DNA of 64,000 bases from Candidatus Shapirobacteria bacterium (GTDB lineage Bacteria > Patescibacteriota > Microgenomatia > UBA12405): positions 261,867 to 325,866 of the forward strand of contig JBAYIT010000002.1 in NCBI GenBank assembly GCA_041665485.1. The letters run 5' to 3'. The notes under the pieces are model-generated. The model was not told where the DNA came from and made no database searches. It saw nothing but the letters and a program-made list of their open reading frames with translations. This document shows, piece after piece, positions 47,866 to 56,196 of the stretch (position 1 is its first letter; every line of letters starts with the position of its first letter). The position numbers and the translations under genes were made by a program.

Positions 47866-48482
47866 TGTTCTCTCCCAAGCATAATTAATCCCAAGAGAAA
47901 AAGCAACCCGGAAATCGCTTCCACAGAAACCAACCAAGCTCTCCCGCCCATAATCATCTCTGCAACTGCCAACAATTCCAACACCAGAAAGCCCAAAAAA
48001 AAGAAAATAAAACCTTTTTTACCACTTCGATACCATCCAATACTTCGATACCTTTTTCCTAGCCAAGCGGCAATAATCAAAGCAATTATCATCTCCAAAA
48101 CTAACACCACCTGCTTCCAGTCAAAACTGATGAATAATCTCTTTACCTCAAACCAAACCATCAACCCCACCACTGCCCCAATCACATCCTCACCCAATTG
48201 AGAAACCTTCCAGTTATTCACCCAAGCCCACCAACTAGCCACCCCTACCGATAAAAACCAGCCACCCAACGGTTCAAAAGGAACACTTACCCATCCCTTC
48301 CACTCAAATCCCTGACTTAACCCAGTCAAAACTAATCCCATTAGTTTGCCTCCGACAAAAAAAGCCAATATCATCAACCATCCCAACGCCACCACTCCAA
48401 TCCCATCGTAATCATCCTTTAACCCCCGCCAAACAATATACATAAACATCGCTATTCCCACAATATCCATTATCCACATCAT
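47862..48482 (-). CDS. Membrane protein, possibly a degenerate Lgt-like protein
   Basis: Multiple TM helices, GGKL and ED motifs, near lspA. Confidence 0.5.
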   Translation of the reverse strand: MMWIMDIVGIAMFMYIVWRGLKDDYDGIGVVALGWLMILAFFVGGKLMGLVLTGLSQGFEWKGWVSVPFEPLGGWFLSVGVASWWAWVNNWKVSQLGEDVIGAVVGLMVWFEVKRLFISFDWKQVVLVLEMIIALIIAAWLGKRYRSIGWYRSGKKGFIFFFLGFLVLELLAVAEMIMGGRAWLVSVEAISGLLFLLGLIMLGREQ

Positions 48483-48542
48483 AATTTAGTATTTTAAATC
48501 CACAACCTAAGATCTACGATCTAAAATCTAACAACTAACCTG

Positions 48543-48626
48543 TGCCGAGGCTGGGACTTGAACCCAGATGGTGTTGCCACCACACGATTTTGAGTCGTGC
48601 GCGTCTACCAGTTCCGCCACGTCGGC
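48543..48626 (-). tRNA. tRNA-Leu(CAA)
   Basis: Cloverleaf with long variable arm, anticodon loop CTCAAAA, A73; C6:C67 mismatch; CCA not encoded. Confidence 0.93.
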
Positions 48627-48714
48627 TTAAAAAACTCTCTTATTATCTCACGTCCCCTCCCCGATTTTAAGTACTTTTCCAATCTTATCTCTTAGTTCAC
48701 ATCTCTTAGTTCTT

Positions 48715-50022
48715 TTACCCCTTCTTCTCCACGTCAAAAAAACTTACTTGTTTGCCATTAAAGTACAAGTTAAACTGCCCGGTGGGGCCATTACGGTGCT
48801 TCTCAATGGCGCAAGTCACTATCTCCCTCACTTCCTCATCTTCTCGATGTAAAAACATCACCACGTCGGCGTCTTGCTCAATACTCCCCGACTCTCTCAA
48901 ATCCGACAACCGCGGTTTACCACCCCTCGCCTCCATTGCCCGCGATAATTGTGCTGCTGCCAACACTGGTACTCCCAACTCTCTGGCTAAATTCTTTAGT
49001 CCCTGGCTGATTTCCGACACCTCCTGAACCCGATTATCCCGAGTCGTTCCATGCATTAATTGCAAGTAATCAACCAATATAAACTTTATCCCCTTATCAA
49101 CTTGCAATCTTCTCGCCTTTGTTCTCAACTCGGTCACCGTCATCCCCGGGGTATCGTCTATATATAACGGCGCTTCAGCCAATACCCCCATCGACTCCGA
49201 CAATGAATTAAAATCGTGTTCCGAAAGTTGGCCTGTCTTTAACTTCCAAGCATCAATCATCCCCTGTCGAACCAATAAACGGTCACCCAGCTCCTCTTTA
49301 CTCATTTCCAAGGAGAAAACACAGGTTGGTATCTTTTGCTCCACTGCCACATATCTGGCAATATTCAAACAAAACGCTGTCTTTCCCACCCCAGGCCTTG
49401 CCGCCACCACCAATAAATTACTGTTTTGCATTCCTGCCAACATCGAGTCTAGAGCGCCAAAACCAGTCGGAACTCCCCTAAGCCCGCTCCCCATCTTTTG
49501 TAATTCGTCTAGTCTGTCAAAGCTTGCCGTCAAAATTTCCTTCATCGACACCGGAATATTTTTTAAATGTCTTTGAGACAAGGTAAAAACCTCTTGTTCC
49601 GCCATATCTAACAGTTCTTCGGCTGCCAAACCTTCATCAAACGCCTTCTCCGTAATTCTGGCCGCCGCCGTCACTAGCTCTCTTTTCGCCGACAAAGCTT
49701 TAATGATTCTCCCATAACTTTCCACATTAGCACTAGTTGGCACTTCATTGGCCAGCCCCACCAAAAACGCCTTACCTCCGATTCTCTTTAGAACTTTCAA
49801 CTCTCTCAATCTCTCTGTTACTGTCACCAAATCCATCGGCATCCTTTTTTCATAAAGGTCAATCATCGCCTGATAAACTAAGCCAAAATTTGAATTATAA
49901 AAATGCTCCGGCCGTAAAAACTCCGACACTTCCACCATTGCATCGTTATCAATTAAAATCGCTCCCAAAACACTTACCTCTGCCTCATACGAATTTGGCG
50001 GGATTCTTATTTGTTCAGCCAT
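48715..50022 (-). CDS. dnaB: Replicative DNA helicase
   Basis: AARPGVGKT, FSLEM, VDYLQL, DLRESGSIEQDAD, KHRNG. Confidence 0.98.
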   Translation of the reverse strand: MAEQIRIPPNSYEAEVSVLGAILIDNDAMVEVSEFLRPEHFYNSNFGLVYQAMIDLYEKRMPMDLVTVTERLRELKVLKRIGGKAFLVGLANEVPTSANVESYGRIIKALSAKRELVTAAARITEKAFDEGLAAEELLDMAEQEVFTLSQRHLKNIPVSMKEILTASFDRLDELQKMGSGLRGVPTGFGALDSMLAGMQNSNLLVVAARPGVGKTAFCLNIARYVAVEQKIPTCVFSLEMSKEELGDRLLVRQGMIDAWKLKTGQLSEHDFNSLSESMGVLAEAPLYIDDTPGMTVTELRTKARRLQVDKGIKFILVDYLQLMHGTTRDNRVQEVSEISQGLKNLARELGVPVLAAAQLSRAMEARGGKPRLSDLRESGSIEQDADVVMFLHREDEEVREIVTCAIEKHRNGPTGQFNLYFNGKQVSFFDVEKKG

Positions 50023-50569
50023 TCAAGATGACCACTTCTAAGCCTTCCGGTAAACTTTCTGCCTCTATTTTAACTTTGTCTTGTCGGAGGCTTTCCAAAT
50101 CAAACTCATCAGCAAACTTCTTTAGCGCCTCACTTTCTCCCCACAAAATCAAATAATTAACCCCCATCTTCTTCACTATTTCTTTACATCTCTTCACCGT
50201 CATTTTATCCACTCCCAACACTAGAACATCATTACTTCCCAATTTCTCAACTCTTTTATCGTCCCACTTATCAGAAAAGCTATTAGCCAAAACAATTCCT
50301 AAACTATCGGCTCTAACCCGATAAATTGTCTCCAAAGTACCTTTACCGCCGGAAAAACCCTTAACTTCCACCCCGCCCACTTCATAATCTCCCGGTCCTC
50401 TTATTATTAATTTCCCATAAGCTACATCAGATGCATCCAGCTCTCCACTTGAAAACAACAACCCGGCAACGCCGGGGTCAACCGATTTCTCAAGCAGTGG
50501 GTCAACCCACCACAAGCCTTTCTTTGTTTTAAGCCACAATCCAGATTTCTCTAATTTACCTATCTCCAT
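50015..50569 (-). CDS. Degenerate metallo-beta-lactamase-fold protein
   Basis: VDP and IRGPGDYEVGGV motifs; metal-binding His residues absent. Confidence 0.55.
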   Translation of the reverse strand: MEIGKLEKSGLWLKTKKGLWWVDPLLEKSVDPGVAGLLFSSGELDASDVAYGKLIIRGPGDYEVGGVEVKGFSGGKGTLETIYRVRADSLGIVLANSFSDKWDDKRVEKLGSNDVLVLGVDKMTVKRCKEIVKKMGVNYLILWGESEALKKFADEFDLESLRQDKVKIEAESLPEGLEVVILNG

Positions 50570-50617
50570 AATTAGCTAATTGTAACATCAAGGTTGTGTT
50601 ATTATAACTTCGACATC

Positions 50618-51073
50618 ATGATAAAAGAATTCCTTATTGCTATTTTTCTTGGAGGCCTACTTGGATTGGGACTCACCGGTAGCCTAATTACCCTTAATCG
50701 TCGCCAAAATAATCCCCCTCCCACTCGGGAAGTTTCTCCAACTCCCACCACAACCATTTCTCCAGCTCCATCCCCCGGGCTTACTGCCAACCAAAACAGC
50801 TCTTCCTCAACCATTAAGATTTCATCCCATCAAAACGGCCAAATTGTCAATCAAAATAAAACCACCCTCATCGGCACCGCTCCAAGCAACAGCACCATCA
50901 TTGTGGCCATCAACAGCCAGTCAACCACTACTCAAAGCAAAGCTGATGGCTCTTTTTCTGCCACCATTGAACTTGAAGCCGGATATAATCTAATCTCTAT
51001 TAGTGCCATCGAACCAAACGATAATATTTCTGAAATCCAAATCAATTTAACCTATTCCACCGCCTCTTTTTAA
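50618..51073 (+). CDS. Membrane-anchored protein with Ig-like domain
   Basis: TM, P/T linker, GT......I.IN....ADGSF..I.L..G.N.I. Confidence 0.75.
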   Translation: MIKEFLIAIFLGGLLGLGLTGSLITLNRRQNNPPPTREVSPTPTTTISPAPSPGLTANQNSSSSTIKISSHQNGQIVNQNKTTLIGTAPSNSTIIVAINSQSTTTQSKADGSFSATIELEAGYNLISISAIEPNDNISEIQINLTYSTASF

Positions 51074-51077
51074 AATT

Positions 51078-51809
51078 ATGACCAGATTTAAAATTAAAAA
51101 TTTAAAATTTAAAATTTTGTTTTTACTGTTTACGGTTAACGGTTTACGGTTTACGACGTTAATAATTGCTCAATCTCCGATTCCTACCTCCACAACTGAA
51201 GGTAAGGTGGACGAAATTCAGCAGATTAGAGAGGCAGTTCAACAAAAAGTCAAAGAAAAAATCTCTGACATTGTTAAGCCAACCACTATTCGTAAAGCTA
51301 TTATCGGTACTGTTTCTGCCATCACTAGCAACAATCAAATCACCATAACTTATCAAAACAAAGACATAACCGCCAACATTGATCCAGAAGTTGTTTACAT
51401 TGACGCCAAAAAAAATAAAAGCAAAATTACTAACCTTAAAACCGGCCAAGAAGTTCTAATTTTAGGTAACTACCAAACTGAAACCGATCTCTTCACTGTT
51501 AAGCGGATTATTGCCATCAAACTCGCCACCGACATTCTTCCCGCTCCGATTACCGTCATCGGTCAAATTGTTGATACTTCCAAAACTTCAAATGTTTTTT
51601 CTCTAATTCCCACCAAAAACAAAAACCAACAACTTCAAATATTTTATACCGATAAAACAAAAATTACCCTACTCTCAGGAGAAACAGTCAAAAGTGAAGA
51701 CATCAAAAATGGCCAGAAAGTCATAGTTGTTCTTATTCCCAAAGACAACAAAGCCAACAACTTCACCGCCATCCGACTAATGCTCCAAAATCCCCAAATA
51801 ACCCCTTAA
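51078..51809 (+). CDS. Exported protein with two OB-fold/DUF5666-like repeats
   Basis: Two G.V...L..GQ.V.V-type modules. Confidence 0.6.
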   Translation: MTRFKIKNLKFKILFLLFTVNGLRFTTLIIAQSPIPTSTTEGKVDEIQQIREAVQQKVKEKISDIVKPTTIRKAIIGTVSAITSNNQITITYQNKDITANIDPEVVYIDAKKNKSKITNLKTGQEVLILGNYQTETDLFTVKRIIAIKLATDILPAPITVIGQIVDTSKTSNVFSLIPTKNKNQQLQIFYTDKTKITLLSGETVKSEDIKNGQKVIVVLIPKDNKANNFTAIRLMLQNPQITP

Positions 51810-51884
51810 TTTCTTGTTTTAAAATTTAGAATTAAAAATTTAAAATTTCAAAAAATAGATTTTGGTTGTTTTTTTATTTTTTGA

Positions 51885-51893
51885 TGTTATAAT
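51885..51893 (+). promoter_or_regulatory. Extended -10 promoter for His leader 1
   Basis: TGtTATAAT ending 7 nt before ATG 51901. Confidence 0.7.
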
Positions 51894-51900
51894 AACCCCA

Positions 51901-51939
51901 ATGACCAAAGCATTCGCTGCTCATCATCATCGCTCCTAA
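51901..51939 (+). CDS. His leader peptide 1 (MTKAFAAHHHRS*)
   Basis: Three consecutive CAT codons followed by antiterminator and terminator segments, upstream of tRNA-His and hisS. Confidence 0.8.
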   Translation: MTKAFAAHHHRS

Positions 51940-51965
51940 CTGGCGGTGCTGATTTGGTCAAAAAC

Positions 51966-51990
51966 AAGCCCCGCCGAAGCGGGGTTTTTT
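51966..51990 (+). terminator. Attenuator terminator 1
   Basis: AAGCCCCGC-CGAA-GCGGGGTTT then TTT. Confidence 0.88.
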
Positions 51991-52080
51991 AGTTTCTTTA
52001 AATCAACATCCTTTTTTAATTGGAAATTGAAAATTGGATATTGAAAATTTTAAAAAATTGTATTGTACAATTTTTTACAT

Positions 52081-52158
52081 GGTGGTATTAGCTCAATTGG
52101 TTAGAGCGCCGCTCTGTGAAAGCGGAGGTTGCCGGTTCAAATCCGGTATATCACCCCA
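52081..52158 (+). tRNA. tRNA-His(GTG)
   Basis: Cloverleaf, anticodon loop CTGTGAA, encoded G-1:C73 and CCA. Confidence 0.96.
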
Positions 52159-52199
52159 AATTCTTAATTTAGAAATTTAAGAATTTAAAAAATTACTTT

Positions 52200-52286
52200 A
52201 TGAACTTTATAACTTTTAACTTTAAAACTAGTTTTCATCATCCCCATACCGTGGCCCTTACCCCGCGGGGTGGTAACGCGACCTAA
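52200..52286 (+). CDS. His leader peptide 2 (MNFITFNFKTSFHHPHTVALTPRGGNAT*)
   Basis: CAT CAT CCC CAT at 52236-52247 followed by competing hairpins and a terminator. Confidence 0.65.
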   Translation: MNFITFNFKTSFHHPHTVALTPRGGNAT

Positions 52287-52307
52287 AACTTTTTTATTTA
52301 ATTATCT

Positions 52308-52334
52308 AAAGCCCCGTAAACCGGGGCTTTTTTT
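52308..52334 (+). terminator. Attenuator terminator 2
   Basis: AAAGCCCCG-TAAAC-CGGGGCTTT then TTTT. Confidence 0.88.
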
Positions 52335-52353
52335 ATGCTCCAAATTATTACTT

Positions 52354-53973
52354 ATGAAAACAAAAAATATTATGTCACCAGATAGACTTAAACCAATAGA
52401 AAAAAAGGGGTCTGATTTACTCTCAACCTTATTAGGTCGTCAACTCTATCCAAAAGACGGGGTTACTTCAACTGTGGGTGAAGCTGTTAGGGCGGATTCA
52501 TTATTAATGGCTCAACAAATCGTGACTGAATTAAACGAAAATATATCATTAAACCCAAGCGATGTTACTGCCAAGGTTCTCCCTAGAGCCGAAAGTTGGA
52601 ACTATCAAGCTCAAGCCAGTTCATACAACGGTTCTACCTCTTTAGCCTCACTTTTAGAAACTTCCCAACAAGAGGAGGCTGTCGTCAAAGAAATAATCGA
52701 CAATCAAGGTCCAAACGATCCCGTCAACGCAAATCTTATCGCCAGGCAGTGGTGGGCCAATACTATTGGTTACGAAACTAGAGCCGCCGTCAAAAAGCAA
52801 ACAATGGCCACTACCCGCAAGTTAGCTTACCAACAAGAAATCGCCGGATATAAAATTAAACAGCTTCAACGTACACCAGACACAGAGTACAGCAGTGCCT
52901 ACAATCGCCTAGTCTATCAACGAGCTGATCAATTGAGCACCGCCGAGCTAATATCCATCAATCGGCAGATTGACCTTGAAATAGCCAATCAAGTCAGTGA
53001 TGCCGAAATTATTGACATGTTATCAACCAGAGAAGCAACAAGACAGCAACAATGGCTATCCCAACTTCTAAATGCCGGCCTACGAGAGTCACTTTCTCCT
53101 GACACTGCAGTTAAATTCGCTACCATGTACTATGAAATTAAGCGCCGACAAACCGATGAAATTTGGGGTAGCAAACAGCTTCAGACTATTATTGTTAATG
53201 GGCTAAGAGGTGGAAACATCAACTTTATAACTATGCTTTGTACCATCAATGAATTTGACTACCAGGGTGGTTACACTCTCAACCCAGACCTCGACACCTA
53301 CAAAACCAACCCCAAGGTCGAACCGGTTCCATTGATAATTGACGAAATAGCAGACTTCATATTTTTATTTAAATACTATGGCGTTAGTTGCCAATTAACT
53401 ATGTACGTCGCCGACACCGACTACACCGAAATTGGTGCCAATGGTCCAGTCACCACACCAAATTTAACAAACCTTAAACTATATTTAGAAAATCTCCAAA
53501 GATATGTGGTCAAATTTGAAGGATGTGTTTCAGTCGCCCCAATTTCCTCACTTACCAATAATAATCCAACTTACCTTGCCACTAAGCAACGCGTCCTTGG
53601 GTGGGTTACCGCCCGAAGGGATGTTGGTTTTAATAGTAAGTGGGGCAATAAATGGGAAGAAGATGTTGAAAGAAGAAATGAAACTTTTGGCAAGAAAAAG
53701 TTATGCTCTCCCAACCGAGTCAGACAAGAATCATTAAGGGTGGCTCAAAACATCTGGGCTGTTAATGCTGCCCAAGGAGCCACTTTTAGTAACCTGGGTC
53801 CCAACACTGTTCTCATCAGTAGTGAAAGGCGCGACCGAGACATGAATTATGTCGTTGACCAACAAGCCACCAAAAACTTCCCTCCAGTAATTTATGTCCT
53901 CAAAGCCGCCGAGGATTGGAACCGCAAAGTTGTCAATAAAGCCATATTTCAAGCTGACGATGTTACAATCTAA
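52354..53973 (+). CDS. Uncharacterised 539-aa protein co-transcribed with hisS
   Basis: First in-frame ATG after terminator 2; ends 6 nt before hisS; no family recognised. Confidence 0.8.
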   Translation: MKTKNIMSPDRLKPIEKKGSDLLSTLLGRQLYPKDGVTSTVGEAVRADSLLMAQQIVTELNENISLNPSDVTAKVLPRAESWNYQAQASSYNGSTSLASLLETSQQEEAVVKEIIDNQGPNDPVNANLIARQWWANTIGYETRAAVKKQTMATTRKLAYQQEIAGYKIKQLQRTPDTEYSSAYNRLVYQRADQLSTAELISINRQIDLEIANQVSDAEIIDMLSTREATRQQQWLSQLLNAGLRESLSPDTAVKFATMYYEIKRRQTDEIWGSKQLQTIIVNGLRGGNINFITMLCTINEFDYQGGYTLNPDLDTYKTNPKVEPVPLIIDEIADFIFLFKYYGVSCQLTMYVADTDYTEIGANGPVTTPNLTNLKLYLENLQRYVVKFEGCVSVAPISSLTNNNPTYLATKQRVLGWVTARRDVGFNSKWGNKWEEDVERRNETFGKKKLCSPNRVRQESLRVAQNIWAVNAAQGATFSNLGPNTVLISSERRDRDMNYVVDQQATKNFPPVIYVLKAAEDWNRKVVNKAIFQADDVTI

Positions 53974-53979
53974 CTAACC

Positions 53980-55188
53980 ATGAACCAAAATAAATCACAG
54001 CCATTACGGGGTTTTCGAGATTTTTTACCTATAGAAGCCAGCAAAAGACAATGGCTCAGAAATAAACTATCGCAAATTTTTGAGAAATGGGGTTACGAAC
54101 CTCTTGAAACTCCCACTCTTGAACCATTGGAAATTTTTGAAAATCAAATTGGTGAAGGTGAAAACATGTTCTTTAAATTTGAAGACAACGGTGGCAGAAA
54201 AGTAGCCTTAAGATACGACCAATCAGTGCCAACTGCCCGAGTTGTTGCCAGATTTGCCAATGAAATCGCCTTTCCCTTCAAACGTTACCAAATACAGTCG
54301 GCCTTCCGTGCCGAAAAACCTCAAAAGGGAAGGTATCGCGAATTTGTTCAATGCGACGCCGACATTTTTGGAGTTAAAGATATCAGCGCTGACGCCGAAG
54401 TTATCGCCTTAGCCATATCCATCTACAAAGAACTTGGCTTTCCCCAAGCCAAAGTATTTGTCAGCGACAGAGATTTACTAAAAAATCTACCTTATGAAGC
54501 CATAATCGCCATAGATAAACTGGAAAAAATCGGCGAAAAATCAGTAATTGAAGAGATGGTTAAAAAAGGAATTGACAAAAATGAAGCAGTAAAGTATCTA
54601 AACCAAGCAACCAACCTAAAACCAAACAATAATATCGAATATATCCTCAAATATCTAAAAGACAGTAATATCGACGAAAACTGGTTTTCTTTCGAACCAA
54701 CCCTGGCCAGATCATTCTCCTATTCAAACGGACCAATTTGGGAAGTAAAAATACCAGGCTTTGTCAGCGGGTCAGTTCTCGGCGGTGAAAGATTTGACAG
54801 TGTTGCCAAAAAGATTTCCGGGCTAGACATCGCCGCCACTGGTTTTGGCCTTGGGTTTGACCGTACCATCGAAGCAATGGAACAGTTTAGCCTTCTTCCA
54901 AACTCCAAAACCAACACCAAAGTCCTAGTCACCGTCTTTTCTCCCGACACTCAAACCGAAAGCATTAAACTCGCCAACGAGCTTCGCCAAAGCAATATCA
55001 ACACTCTCCTCTACCCTACTCCAGAGAAACTTAGCAAACAATTTAAATATGCTTCTGACAAAAATATCCCCTACGTCGCCGTTCTCGGCCCCGACGAGTT
55101 AAAAAACAACACCATTACTCTCAAAAATATGATCACTGGTGAACAAAAACAGCTCAATTTATCAAGTCTCTTGGTTCAACTCTCTTAA
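53980..55188 (+). CDS. hisS: Histidine--tRNA ligase
   Basis: RGFRD, LRYDQ, FRAEKPQKGRYREF.QCD, GGERFD, GFGLGFDR. Confidence 0.97.
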   Translation: MNQNKSQPLRGFRDFLPIEASKRQWLRNKLSQIFEKWGYEPLETPTLEPLEIFENQIGEGENMFFKFEDNGGRKVALRYDQSVPTARVVARFANEIAFPFKRYQIQSAFRAEKPQKGRYREFVQCDADIFGVKDISADAEVIALAISIYKELGFPQAKVFVSDRDLLKNLPYEAIIAIDKLEKIGEKSVIEEMVKKGIDKNEAVKYLNQATNLKPNNNIEYILKYLKDSNIDENWFSFEPTLARSFSYSNGPIWEVKIPGFVSGSVLGGERFDSVAKKISGLDIAATGFGLGFDRTIEAMEQFSLLPNSKTNTKVLVTVFSPDTQTESIKLANELRQSNINTLLYPTPEKLSKQFKYASDKNIPYVAVLGPDELKNNTITLKNMITGEQKQLNLSSLLVQLS

Positions 55189-55546
55189 TTCCCGGCAACT
55201 TGTCAAACTCCTTGTCGTAGGAAACAACCACCCCGTCTCCACCCATCACCGACCAAATCACACAATCGTTAAATTTTGCCTTGACCTTTTCAAATAAATT
55301 CAAGGCGTCTTCCATATTATATTCATATACTATCTCTCCCAAAGTTGTTACCGATCTCTGAAACTCAATAATCTCTTTCTTCGACGACTTGTAAAACCTA
55401 CTCATAAGCCAAACCATTTCTTCCACCACTACAGCGGGGATCAATACCTCATCAACCCCCTGTCTCAAAAAATTAACCAAACTTTTTGTCTCACCAACCC
55501 CCTCATACAATCTCGCTAAAATATTCGTATCGACATAATACCTCAT
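55154..55546 (-). CDS. PIN-domain (VapC-like) toxin
   Basis: VDTNIL, E, D and SYDKEFD PIN residues. Confidence 0.9.
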   Translation of the reverse strand: MRYYVDTNILARLYEGVGETKSLVNFLRQGVDEVLIPAVVVEEMVWLMSRFYKSSKKEIIEFQRSVTTLGEIVYEYNMEDALNLFEKVKAKFNDCVIWSVMGGDGVVVSYDKEFDKLPGIKRVEPRDLIN

Positions 55547-55773
55547 ACTCTATCGTAGTTTTCTTCCATGTATTTTCTAAAATCAAAATCAGCTGGCGCC
55601 TTTATTTTCGATTTTCCGGCAAATTCCATAATATCCTTAATCGGTTGTATTACAAATTTTCCGTTTTCCTCAACAATCCTCATTTTGCCCGGACTTTTTA
55701 CTTTCAACTTCTTTAATAAAATTTCAGGAAAATAGGCTAATTTTCTACTTGAAACCGAAACTAAGTATGTCAT
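55543..55773 (-). CDS. AbrB/MazE-like antitoxin
   Basis: Upstream of and overlapping the PIN gene; AbrB-like beta pattern. Confidence 0.75.
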   Translation of the reverse strand: MTYLVSVSSRKLAYFPEILLKKLKVKSPGKMRIVEENGKFVIQPIKDIMEFAGKSKIKAPADFDFRKYMEENYDRV

Positions 55774-55779
55774 AAAATC

Positions 55780-55832
55780 ATCATAATACATAATTTTTGT
55801 ATTGTCAATAATTAGTGCACAAATTATGTATT
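55780..55832 (-). promoter_or_regulatory. TA promoter with 12-bp inverted-repeat operator
   Basis: TTGACA-17-TATGAT; AATACATAATTT (55785-96) and AAATTATGTATT (55821-32) flank the -35. Confidence 0.75.
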
Positions 55833-55890
55833 TTTCTATCTTGATTCTTAGCTCTTATTTCTTGATTCGATTTTTGTTATAATCCTCCCT

Positions 55891-56151
55891 ATGAAAGCTA
55901 ACACTCATCCCAAATATTACGACAATTGTCAGGTCACTTGTGCCTGTGGCAACAAATTCACCACCGGTTCGACTCTGGAAAAAATCGAAGTCGAAGTTTG
56001 TTCAAAATGTCACCCCTTCTTCACTGGCCAGCAAAAGTTTGTTGACATCAAAGGAAGAATTGACAGGTTCCGCGAAAAACAAGCCCAAGGCGCTTCTTTT
56101 GTCAAAAAATCCACTCGCAAATCTGCCACTAAAAAAAGTAAAGATAAATAG
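55891..56151 (+). CDS. rpmE: 50S ribosomal protein L31 (Zn-binding type)
   Basis: MK..THP.Y, CACG, CSKCHPFFTG. Confidence 0.97.
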   Translation: MKANTHPKYYDNCQVTCACGNKFTTGSTLEKIEVEVCSKCHPFFTGQQKFVDIKGRIDRFREKQAQGASFVKKSTRKSATKKSKDK

Positions 56152-56196
56152 CTTCCTTCGCTTTTAACTTTTAACTTTATAACTTTAAACTTATTC

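Noticed and set aside
48543-48626. tRNA-Leu as pseudogene or integration site because of the C6:C67 mismatch
   Set aside because: All other arms are intact and no duplicated 3' end was seen in the window
52270-52353. GTG start at 52270 given for the 567-aa ORF
   Set aside because: The extension runs through leader 2 and terminator 2; ATG 52354 is the first plausible start after the terminator
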